Positions 56,694-64,000 of a stretch of DNA of 64,000 nucleotides are shown one piece after another; position 1 is the stretch's first letter, and every line of letters begins with the position of its first letter. This DNA is from an uncultured bacterium (GTDB lineage: Bacteria; Hydrothermota; Hydrothermia; WGAB01): the NCBI GenBank assembly GCA_964406105.1, contig CAYOQK010000022.1:14053-78052 (forward strand), in the 5' to 3' direction. The position numbers and the translations under genes are program-made. The notes beneath the pieces were generated by a model that ran no database searches, was not told where the DNA came from, and saw only the letters and a program-made list of their open reading frames with translations.

Positions 56694-57142
56694 TCGCGTT
56701 CCACCTCCTTCATATACAGCCGAATCACCTGGATCTCTGCCCGGGGGAGCCGCAGGGGACCGTCCGGGGTTTCCAGGGTGACCACCGAGGGATCCACCTG
56801 CTGGAGAATGCCGATCACCGTGCCCTGGGCGGTGGTGACCCGAACCGCCTTGCCGACGGCCCACTGGAGTTCCCGTTCCTTTTTCAGCACCCGATCGGCC
56901 CCGGGAGAGGACACCTCCAGGATGTAGGACCCCTCAATAGGGTCTTCAATATCCAACAGGACCGAGAACTCCCGGGAGAGGTCTTCACAGTCGCGGAGGG
57001 TGACACCGCCCTCTTTGTCAATGTACACCCGAAGGATCCTTCGGTTGCCTACTCCCTTGAGTTCCAGGTCCACCAGGGTTAGCCCCCGTTCGTCCAAGAG
57101 GGGCTGCAAAAGGGCTTCAAGCCGTTTTTCCAAGTCGCTCAT
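56690..57142 (-). CDS. rimP: Ribosome maturation factor RimP
   Basis: 150 aa with LVDLELKGVGNRRILRVYIDKEGGVTLRDCEDLSREFS, typical of RimP. Confidence 0.85.
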   Translation of the reverse strand: MSDLEKRLEALLQPLLDERGLTLVDLELKGVGNRRILRVYIDKEGGVTLRDCEDLSREFSVLLDIEDPIEGSYILEVSSPGADRVLKKERELQWAVGKAVRVTTAQGTVIGILQQVDPSVVTLETPDGPLRLPRAEIQVIRLYMKEVERE

Positions 57143-58847
57143 TGATCTCCCCCTTTAAGGACTCCAGCATCTGCTGGACCCGGGTTTGGAGATCGGGCAG
57201 GGGAACATCCACCGATGCTCCTGTGGCGCGGATCTTGATCTCGGCCAGACCCTGAGCCACCTTACGACCCAGCACCACATGGAGGGGGATCCCTACGAGA
57301 TCTGCGTCTTTGAATTTTACACCCGGGCTCAGGTCTCTGTCATCCCACAGCACCTCCAGGCCTGCCGCTTGGAGATCGTGGTATGCCCGCTCTGCCACGT
57401 CGCCCACCTTACGGGGATCCAGGGCCAGGATCTCCACATCGTAAGGGGCAATGGTCACGGGCCATACGATCCCGTGTTGATCGTGGTACAGTTCCACGGC
57501 GGCCGCCATCACTCGGCCGATGCCAATCCCATAGCTCCCCATGATGATGGGTTTCTCCTGGCCATCGCGGTCTGTGAAGTAGGCTCCCAGGGCCTCTGAG
57601 TACCGGGTACCCAACTTGAAGATGTGGCCCACCTCAATGGCGCGCTGAAGCCTGAGGGGTGCGCCGCACTGGGGACACCGATCCCCGGCCTTTACCTCTC
57701 GCACATCGGCATACCGGTGCACCGGGAAGTGTTCTTCCACGTTGACGCCCACCAGGTGGTGGTCGCTTTCGTTGGCTCCGCACACCATGCCCTGCAGGCC
57801 GCGGAGGGTTTCGTCGGCGATGATCTCGTCCACCTCCAGGTTCACCGGCCCTACGAAGCCCACTTCCACACCGAACCGATCCTGCACCTCTTCAGGGGTG
57901 GCGATCCGCACCTCTCCGCCCAGCACCTGCTGCAGCTTGGCCTCGTTCACCTCGTAGTCTCCCCGAACCAGCACCAGCACGGCCCGGTCGCCCACCATGT
58001 ACACCAGGCTCTTGATGAGCAGTTCTGGCCCAACCCCCAAAAAGGCCGTGACCTCCTCCACGGTTTTCACCCCAGGGGTGTGCACCTTTTCCAGCCGTTG
58101 GAAGGGCGAGGTGGGCTTGGGGAGAGCGGGCGTGCCGGTGGCCACCTCTACGTTGGCCGAGTACCCACATTGGTCGCACAGGGCCAAGGTGTCTTCACCC
58201 GCCTCAGAGGGCACCATGAACTCCTCGGAGGCCGATCCCCCCATGAGCCCGGTGGAGGCCCGGGTAACCACAAACCTCAGGCCTGCCCGGGTGAAAATGC
58301 GGGTGTAGGCCTCATGATGCAATTGGTAACTGTGGTCCAGCCCCTCCCAGGAGGCGTCAAAACTGTAGGAGTCCTTCATGAGAAACTCCCGCACCCTCAG
58401 GATGCCCGACCGGGGCCGGGGCTCATCGCGGAATTTGGTCTGGATCTGGTACCAGATCTGGGGAAGATCCCGGTACGACCGCAGGTAGTGGCGTGCGAGG
58501 TCGGCGAAGAGCTCCTCGTGGGTGGGAGCCAGAGCCATTTGGCGGCCTTTGCGGTCTTGCAAGCGAAACATATCTGGTCCAAAGGCCTTCCAGCGGCCGG
58601 ACTCCTCCCAGAGTTCCCGGGCCGTTAGGCTGGGCATCAACACCTCCTGGGCACCGATCCGGTTCATCTCTTCGCGCACGATTCGCATGATCCGATGGAG
58701 CACCCGCTGGCCAAGGGGCAGGAAGATGTACACGCCTGCCTGATGCTGACGAACAAAACCGGCACGCAGCAACAGGCGGTGGGAAGGAGACTGAGCCTCC
58801 TTAGGGTCCTCTTTTAAAGTCGGTATCAGGGCTTGAGACCAACGCAT
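57117..58847 (-). CDS. proS: Proline--tRNA ligase (bacterial type with INS editing domain)
   Basis: 576 aa with a class II aaRS core (FRDEPRPRSGILRVREF) and an inserted editing domain. Confidence 0.92.
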   Translation of the reverse strand: MRWSQALIPTLKEDPKEAQSPSHRLLLRAGFVRQHQAGVYIFLPLGQRVLHRIMRIVREEMNRIGAQEVLMPSLTARELWEESGRWKAFGPDMFRLQDRKGRQMALAPTHEELFADLARHYLRSYRDLPQIWYQIQTKFRDEPRPRSGILRVREFLMKDSYSFDASWEGLDHSYQLHHEAYTRIFTRAGLRFVVTRASTGLMGGSASEEFMVPSEAGEDTLALCDQCGYSANVEVATGTPALPKPTSPFQRLEKVHTPGVKTVEEVTAFLGVGPELLIKSLVYMVGDRAVLVLVRGDYEVNEAKLQQVLGGEVRIATPEEVQDRFGVEVGFVGPVNLEVDEIIADETLRGLQGMVCGANESDHHLVGVNVEEHFPVHRYADVREVKAGDRCPQCGAPLRLQRAIEVGHIFKLGTRYSEALGAYFTDRDGQEKPIIMGSYGIGIGRVMAAAVELYHDQHGIVWPVTIAPYDVEILALDPRKVGDVAERAYHDLQAAGLEVLWDDRDLSPGVKFKDADLVGIPLHVVLGRKVAQGLAEIKIRATGASVDVPLPDLQTRVQQMLESLKGEINERLGKTA

Positions 58848-58987
58848 AGCGGTGTATTGTATAGGTGGGCCCGAGGGGGGTCAATTTTATCCCTCTGGAA
58901 TTCAGTGGGTTGGAACGAAACCGTGGAACACCGGGCTCTGCGGCGACCAAACCTCGTGAACCCTCAAAAAGGCTGATCCACGGCAGA

Positions 58988-59016
58988 TTGCAATGGCCAA
59001 ACCGCCGGGGTAAAAT
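58988..59016 (+). promoter_or_regulatory. Sigma70-like promoter upstream of tRNA-Thr (-35 TTGCAA, 17-nt spacer, -10 TAAAAT)
   Basis: TTGCAA tggccaaaccgccgggg TAAAAT, with the -10 hexamer ending 10 nt before the tRNA 5' end. Confidence 0.5.
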
Positions 59017-59026
59017 CAGAAGACAC

Positions 59027-59102
59027 GCCGGCGTAGCTCAGCAGGCAGAGCAGCGCATTCGTAATGCGCAGGTCGGCGGTTCGAGTCCGCCCGCCGGCTC
59101 CA
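59027..59102 (+). tRNA. tRNA-Thr (anticodon CGT), CCA encoded
   Basis: Cloverleaf: acceptor stem GCCGGCG/CGCCGGC, D-arm GCTC-AGCAGGCA-GAGC, anticodon stem GCGCA/TGCGC with loop TTCGTAA, variable loop AGGTC, T-arm GGCGG-TTCGAGT-CCGCC, discriminator T, then CCA. Confidence 0.9.
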
Positions 59103-59110
59103 AAGATCAC

Positions 59111-60457
59111 ATGGACCTCATCTTTTCGGTATCCGGTCTTCGCGGGGTGGTAGGGGATGGCTTAGATCCTGAGCAACTCCTTCCCTATCTTCGGGCCTTC
59201 TATCGGCTCACCGGCGGCGGCCGGTACCTCGTGGGACGGGATCCACGCCCCCACGGTGGCATGGTGTACCACCTGGTGGCCGGGATTCTTCAAGCCCTGG
59301 GAGGCCAGGTGGAGAACGCCGGCGTGGTGCCGACGCCCACCGTGCTGTTCCACATAGCCCGGGGGTCCTATGCCGGTGGCATCGTGATCACCGCCTCCCA
59401 CAATCCCCTGCCCTGGAACGCCCTGAAGTTCGTGAATGCCCAGGGTCGGTTCCTCTCGCCAGAAGAGGTACAGCGCTTGCGGACACTGGTGGAGCAGCCA
59501 GATCCCGCCCCCTGGGCAGCCTGGGACCAGGTGGGCACGGAAACCCCTCGCCCTCAAGCCTGGCAGGCCCATGTGGACACCCTGTTGGCGTACGCTGGGG
59601 TCTCCGATTCCCTGCGGGAGAAGGCTCGGCAGATCCGCGTGGCGGTGGACTGCGTAAACGGCGCCATGTCAGAGGCCCTGCCCGCCCTGCTCAAGGGCCT
59701 GGGCTTTGAAGTGATCCCCCTCTACTGTGATGGCTCCGGTCGGTTCCCCCATAACCCAGAACCCCGCCGAGAACACCTGGACCTTTTGAACCGTTTGCTC
59801 CAAGCCAAACTTGCCCATCTGGGTTTTGCCAGTGACCCTGATGGTGACCGTTTGGTGTTCGGCCTGGCTGGCCACGGGGTGTTTTCCGAGGAGTACACGG
59901 TGCCGGTGGCCGTGGAGGCCGTACTCCGCCGCGAAACGCCCCAGGGGCCGGTGGTGGTCAACTACAGCACCTCCATGATGGTGGAGGCCGTAGCCCGCCA
60001 GCACGGCGTGGAGGTGGTCCGGGTTCCCGTGGGAGAGATCCATGTCACCGAGAAACTCCTGGCCACCGGGGGGCAGATTGGGGGCGAAGGCAACGGCGGG
60101 GTGATCTATCCCCGGATCAACGCCACACGCGACGGACTGGTGGCCGCCACCCTCGTGGCGCTGGCGTACCTGGAAGGGTGGCTTGTGCCCTTCCTTAAGG
60201 CTCTGCCGGCGTACACCCTGCTGAAAAGCCGGGTACCCCGCACCCGGCCGTTGGACCTGGGCCGCTTGCAGCGGGCTTTTCCCCAGGCCCAGGTCTCCAC
60301 CGAGGACGGGGTGTATCTCCGGTTCTCCGAAGCCTGGATCCAGGTACGCCCGTCTAACACCGAGCCCCTTTACCGCATCTTTGTGGAGGCCCCCTCCCTG
60401 GAGGAGGCCCAAAAACTGATGGACCAGGTGCAGTCCGTGCTGGAAACCAAACCCTAA
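59111..60457 (+). CDS. Phosphohexomutase (phosphoglucomutase / phosphomannomutase / GlmM family)
   Basis: 448 aa. The start is set at the ATG at 59111 ([12 protein letters not shown]); the ORF-track start lies inside the tRNA. The active-site Ser loop [10 protein letters not shown] and the metal-binding loop DPDGDR are present. GTSGLRG-type rather than GTDGVRG suggests PGM/PMM over a strict GlmM. Confidence 0.8.
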   Translation: MDLIFSVSGLRGVVGDGLDPEQLLPYLRAFYRLTGGGRYLVGRDPRPHGGMVYHLVAGILQALGGQVENAGVVPTPTVLFHIARGSYAGGIVITASHNPLPWNALKFVNAQGRFLSPEEVQRLRTLVEQPDPAPWAAWDQVGTETPRPQAWQAHVDTLLAYAGVSDSLREKARQIRVAVDCVNGAMSEALPALLKGLGFEVIPLYCDGSGRFPHNPEPRREHLDLLNRLLQAKLAHLGFASDPDGDRLVFGLAGHGVFSEEYTVPVAVEAVLRRETPQGPVVVNYSTSMMVEAVARQHGVEVVRVPVGEIHVTEKLLATGGQIGGEGNGGVIYPRINATRDGLVAATLVALAYLEGWLVPFLKALPAYTLLKSRVPRTRPLDLGRLQRAFPQAQVSTEDGVYLRFSEAWIQVRPSNTEPLYRIFVEAPSLEEAQKLMDQVQSVLETKP

Positions 60458-60473
60458 GCGAAAGGAGGGTTTC

Positions 60474-61400
60474 ATGGCCGGCATTAAGGAAGCCAAATAC
60501 ATCTGGATGTCGGGGAAGCTGGTTCCCTGGCAGGATGCCAAGATCCACGTCTTAAGCCACGTCGTTCACTACGCCTCAGCGGTCTTTGAGGGGGTACGGG
60601 CCTACAAAACCAAGAAGGGCACCGCCATTTTCCGGTGGCACGATCACCTGAGGCGACTGTACGATTCCGCCAAGATCTACCGGATGGAGATCCCCTTTGC
60701 CCCCGAGGAACTCACCCAGGCCACCATCCAACTCATCAAGGAAAACGGCCTGGATGCATGCTACATCCGCCCCATCGTGTACCGGGGGTACTACGACCTG
60801 GGGGTGAACCCCTTCAAGTGCCCGGTGGAGGTGACCATTGCCGTGTGGGAATGGGGGGCCTACCTGGGCGAGGAAGCCCTCACCCAAGGGGTGGACGTGA
60901 TGGTTTCCTCTTGGAACCGGATGGCCCACAACACGTTCCCCCCTATGGCCAAGGCCACTGGCAACTACGCCAACGCCCAACTGATCAAAATGGAGGCCGT
61001 GCTTTACGGCTTTGCAGAAGGCATCGCCTTGAACCCCGACAACACGGTTTCCGAGGGATCCGGCGAGAACCTGTTCCTGGTGCGGAACGGCAAGATCTAC
61101 ACGCCGGCATTGGAATCCGGGATCTTGCCCGGCATCACCCGGGACACGGTGATCACCCTGGCCCGAGAGATGGGCTATGAGGTCATTGAAACCCTCATCC
61201 CCCGGGAAATGCTGTACATCGCCGATGAGTTGTTCTTCACGGGGACAGCGGCGGAGATCACCCCGATCCGATCGGTGGATAAGATCCCCATCGGTTCGGG
61301 AACCCGGGGACCCATCACAAAGGCCCTCCAGGAACGGCTCTTCGCCATTGTGCAGGGGGAAGAAGAAGACACCCACGGATGGCTTTTGTACATTGACTGA
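60474..61400 (+). CDS. ilvE: Branched-chain-amino-acid aminotransferase
   Basis: 308 aa, PLP fold type IV, with [27 protein letters not shown] (PLP Lys) and [10 protein letters not shown] segments. Confidence 0.88.
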   Translation: MAGIKEAKYIWMSGKLVPWQDAKIHVLSHVVHYASAVFEGVRAYKTKKGTAIFRWHDHLRRLYDSAKIYRMEIPFAPEELTQATIQLIKENGLDACYIRPIVYRGYYDLGVNPFKCPVEVTIAVWEWGAYLGEEALTQGVDVMVSSWNRMAHNTFPPMAKATGNYANAQLIKMEAVLYGFAEGIALNPDNTVSEGSGENLFLVRNGKIYTPALESGILPGITRDTVITLAREMGYEVIETLIPREMLYIADELFFTGTAAEITPIRSVDKIPIGSGTRGPITKALQERLFAIVQGEEEDTHGWLLYID

Positions 61401-61408
61401 TTTACGGC

Positions 61409-61448
61409 GGGGCGGGGCTGACTCCTCGTCCCGCCCCTCTGTTTCCCC
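61409..61448 (+). terminator. Candidate terminator after ilvE (GGGGCGGG-13 nt loop-CCCGCCCC followed by tctgtttcc)
   Basis: An 8-bp GC stem 9 nt after the stop. The loop is long and the T-tract is weak. Confidence 0.35.
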
Positions 61449-61468
61449 AGGCTATACCATAAGAACCC

Positions 61469-64000
61469 ATGAGGCACCGGTATCCTTTTCCGCCTCAAGA
61501 AGTACCGAACCGGGAGCATTTGGAACAGCTTCTGCGGTACTATCCCTACCTTCTTTTGGCTTGCGCACAAGTGCCCAAACAGGTTGCTCCCCATACGTTG
61601 ATTTCTCATTTGCGTAGGGCCTTCCGGGGAGCAGACCTTTTAGACGCCTTAGCTCCCCGGCACCTGCTCCTCTCCGTAGGGGTCCCTCACGCACACATCG
61701 CCCAGCGTATTCTTCAACGTTTCCAAAGGGTCCTGCACCAGCACTTTCCCCACCTGCCTGCTCCTCCGGTGGGTGGTGTGCTGATCCAGCAGATTCCAGA
61801 ACCCCCTTCCACCCTTCAAGTCTGGATGGAACGGGCCCTCAAGGGGGCCCGTTTAGCCCCCTCGCGTGTATTCCTATTGGACCCCCACCAGGAGAGCGTG
61901 GAACTCACCACCACCCTTCCTACCCCTCGGCGTCCTTACGAGCAGGTGCTGGAGACCCTCCAACCCCAAGGGGGCCAGATTTGGATCACCGGCGGAGACC
62001 CCTTCCTGCGGTGTGCTCTGCTCCGCCGCGTGGCCTACGAGAAACACCGTCAGGGCTTCCAGGTGATTCTGATCCCCGGTGTTCCCTCTCCCTACCTGCC
62101 TCTTTTTCCTTTGCTTCACCCCTTAGAAGCCCGTCCCCGGGGGTCCTACCCCTGGATCCAGCAGCTGCTGGAATCCTCCCTCCAAGCCTTCTGCCCCCTG
62201 TTGGAGCAGTACGGGGGCGAAACCCCTAAGAGAACGTTCCCCACGAAGATGCGCCAAGCGGATGGGCTCCTGGTGGCGGCTCAAGACCTGCTGAGACAGA
62301 TGGCCCAAACCCTGCCCACCCTGTGGTTGGTGCCTGAAATTCACCAGGCGGACCTGGAAACCCAGAACCTGGTGGAACGGCTCCTCTCTCAACCAGTGCC
62401 TGGCCTGAGCATAGCGATCACTGGCCATCTGCTCTTTCCCCCTCCAGAGGAACTCCCCTCCCTTTCCCTGGATCTCCAAGAGAGCTGGCAAACCCAGGAC
62501 ATCCTCGGGCTTCCCCACCTTTTGAAACATCCGAACCGGCCGGAGTCCTATCCCGAGAGCCTTACCCTTTGGCTTCTGGATCACTGGCTGGTGCATCGGC
62601 CTGAGGATCCCCCACCTTCCCGCTTGCCAGCCCTTATCGCTGAGATCCTGGAGGCTCTTCCCCCACTGGCCCGACGAATGCTCTTGGCTATGGCGGTGCT
62701 GAACCACCCCACCACCTCGCCTCTGCTGGCCCGATGGCTGGACCTCCCGGCCCTACAAGTTGAAGAGGCCCTGGAAACCCTCAAGAGTTGGGGCCTGCTC
62801 TTGGAGGAGATCGGCACCTACTTCTTGCCCTGCCCCGATCTGGCACTCCCCCTGCTGAAACACTTTGACCCCGAACAACAGCGTGAAGTCCGGCAATCCC
62901 TCTTGTCCAGGCTTACCCTTCAGGATTCGTCACCAGTGCAATTCTCGGTTTGGGCCGCGGAGCAAGCGGAGGGGATCGCCCAGGCCGAAACCGCTGCCCA
63001 CCTGTGGGCGCTGCTCGGAGAGCGCTTTCTGGCCGCCCACGCCTGGCGATCGGGCCTGCGATCCCTGAATCGTGCACTCCACATTGTGGAAACCCATCGC
63101 CTGGAACCCCGGCGACCCCTGGTCTCCCTCCCCCTGGAAAAGGTGCTCTTCTATCGGTACATCCTGCGCGAACAGGATCCCACCCGTCAGGAACTCCACA
63201 CCTTGGTACAGCGATTGGAAGCCCTGGGGTACTTTGAGGAATGGATCCAACTGCAGGATTGGATCGTGTTCCAGGATTTGCAAACTGGACGCTACGCCGA
63301 GGCCGAGCAAAAGGCCCACCGAGTCTTTCAAGTGGTCAAAGAGCAGGCTCCCCATCTGGAAGGTTTGGCCCTTAAGATCCTGGGCTCCTGTGCGTGGTAC
63401 CAGGACCGTTTCGCAGAGGCCCGAACCCTGTGGCTGAAGGCCCTGCAACGGGGGCAAGGGTTCTCCTCCCTGCAACGTGCCCGGATCCTGGGCAACATCG
63501 GCATGATCTACGAAGAAGAGGAGCAGTTTGAAACTGCGCTCAGGTTTTACCAGGCCGCTATGGAGGTGTTTTACCACGAGGACTTCCTGGGCGGCCTGGC
63601 CACGGGCAGCGGCATGATGGCCCGGGTGGAACAGAAACTGGGCCACCTGGGCAAAGCACTACACTTATTTGAAAAAGCCTTGTTCTATGCCCGATCCGCT
63701 CGGGAGTTCAACGACGAAGCCCTCTGGCAACTGGAACTCGCCCTGCTTTACCGAGAACTGGGCACCTATGAGCAAGCCCAGTATTACGCAGAACGAAGCC
63801 TGGCCCACTTCCGGGATACCCAGAACCTTTACCACCTCCTGCTGACACAAGGGATCCTGGGCGAGATCCATCTCTTGAGCGGCGATTCAGAGGGGGCCGA
63901 CGCCCTGCTCCGGGATGCGCTCCAGCGGGCGAAGGAAAGCCGCGACACAAGCCTCATCCTTCAAATCATCTCCAACTGGATCAACACCTTGCTGGCCATG
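61469..64000 (+). CDS. Large Pro/Leu/Gln-rich protein with C-terminal TPR repeats; 5'-partial view only, the ORF continues beyond the window end
   Basis: ATG at 61469 is the first start after an in-frame TAA. A continuous 844-codon frame with no stop runs to nt 64000. This ORF is absent from the six-frame list because it has no stop in the window. Residues from about 560 onward show TPR-like repeats (ILGNIGMIYEEEEQFETALRFYQAAMEVF..., LALLYRELGTYEQAQYYAERSL). The N-terminal 500 aa are low-complexity (L, P, Q, H rich) with no Walker motifs. Confidence 0.55.
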   Translation, partial: MRHRYPFPPQEVPNREHLEQLLRYYPYLLLACAQVPKQVAPHTLISHLRRAFRGADLLDALAPRHLLLSVGVPHAHIAQRILQRFQRVLHQHFPHLPAPPVGGVLIQQIPEPPSTLQVWMERALKGARLAPSRVFLLDPHQESVELTTTLPTPRRPYEQVLETLQPQGGQIWITGGDPFLRCALLRRVAYEKHRQGFQVILIPGVPSPYLPLFPLLHPLEARPRGSYPWIQQLLESSLQAFCPLLEQYGGETPKRTFPTKMRQADGLLVAAQDLLRQMAQTLPTLWLVPEIHQADLETQNLVERLLSQPVPGLSIAITGHLLFPPPEELPSLSLDLQESWQTQDILGLPHLLKHPNRPESYPESLTLWLLDHWLVHRPEDPPPSRLPALIAEILEALPPLARRMLLAMAVLNHPTTSPLLARWLDLPALQVEEALETLKSWGLLLEEIGTYFLPCPDLALPLLKHFDPEQQREVRQSLLSRLTLQDSSPVQFSVWAAEQAEGIAQAETAAHLWALLGERFLAAHAWRSGLRSLNRALHIVETHRLEPRRPLVSLPLEKVLFYRYILREQDPTRQELHTLVQRLEALGYFEEWIQLQDWIVFQDLQTGRYAEAEQKAHRVFQVVKEQAPHLEGLALKILGSCAWYQDRFAEARTLWLKALQRGQGFSSLQRARILGNIGMIYEEEEQFETALRFYQAAMEVFYHEDFLGGLATGSGMMARVEQKLGHLGKALHLFEKALFYARSAREFNDEALWQLELALLYRELGTYEQAQYYAERSLAHFRDTQNLYHLLLTQGILGEIHLLSGDSEGADALLRDALQRAKESRDTSLILQIISNWINTLLAM

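Noticed and set aside
57624-58628. 334-aa plus-strand ORF antisense to proS; likewise 59669-60541 and 60576-61376 antisense to the mutase and ilvE
   Set aside because: Shadow ORFs inside well-supported housekeeping genes.
58865-59110. Upstream extension of the phosphohexomutase ORF (start at 58865)
   Set aside because: The extension runs through the tRNA-Thr gene and its promoter. The conserved N-terminus ([12 protein letters not shown]) begins at the ATG at 59111, directly after the tRNA.
62930-63646. 238-aa minus-strand ORF and the 62123-62707 ORF near the window end
   Set aside because: Both lie antisense within the continuous 844-codon plus-strand TPR-protein frame, which has coherent TPR periodicity. 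The minus ORFs are low complexity.
1-64000. CRISPR arrays, IS elements, transposases, integrases, prophage or restriction-modification genes
   Set aside because: Scanned intergenic regions and all ORF translations. No short periodic repeats, no DDE/tyrosine/serine recombinase signatures, no methyltransferase motifs (DPPY / FxGxG). Intergenic space is minimal throughout.

Overview
High-GC (about 63-65%) bacterial chromosomal window with very dense coding on both strands and no sign of mobile DNA; it looks like core genome rather than an accessory island. Many adjacent genes overlap by 4 nt (ATGA/GTGA).

Content, left to right:
- The 3' end of a secreted protein with a T9SS-type C-terminal sorting domain.
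- folD-fhs (C1/folate).
- A minus-strand coxMSL-order molybdenum hydroxylase trio, facing an AI-2E transporter across a divergent promoter region.
- A co-oriented DUF3467 / transglutaminase-like / GT9 heptosyltransferase / ATP-dependent DNA ligase string.
- A GT4 glycosyltransferase and citrate synthase.
- An MrfA/YprA-type DEXH helicase (DUF1998) overlapping an archaeal-type nicotinate phosphoribosyltransferase.
- tRNA-Met (CAT) with a near-consensus sigma70-like promoter.
- An 11-gene complex I operon, nuoABCDHIJKLMN, with no nuoEFG (no N-module). It is followed 16 nt later by a 4-gene 2-oxoacid:ferredoxin oxidoreductase (OFOR) cluster (gamma; a fused GltD-like NAD(P)H/FAD subunit plus delta ferredoxin; alpha; beta) that ends in a hairpin terminator.
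- A TPR lipoprotein plus an HNH endonuclease, an OPT transporter, truA, and two M16 peptidases.
- A GT2 glycosyltransferase, an unknown 572-aa Rossmann-fold protein, an HhH-GPD glycosylase-like protein, and an O-antigen-ligase-like membrane protein.
- Nif3 and ruvB, then a secreted DUF4015-like protein.
- A long minus-strand array: proS-rimP-nusA-infB-DUF503-ptsH-ptsI-DUF948-EF-G paralog.
- tRNA-Thr (CGT) with a sigma70-like promoter, a PGM/PMM-family mutase, ilvE, and the first 844 codons of a large proline/leucine-rich TPR protein that runs off the window.

No CRISPR array, rRNA, transposase or integrase was seen. The many long antisense ORFs in the six-frame track are high-GC artefacts.

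The most interesting candidate system is the contiguous block of an N-module-less complex I plus an NAD(P)H-linked OFOR with the fused epsilon-delta subunit.
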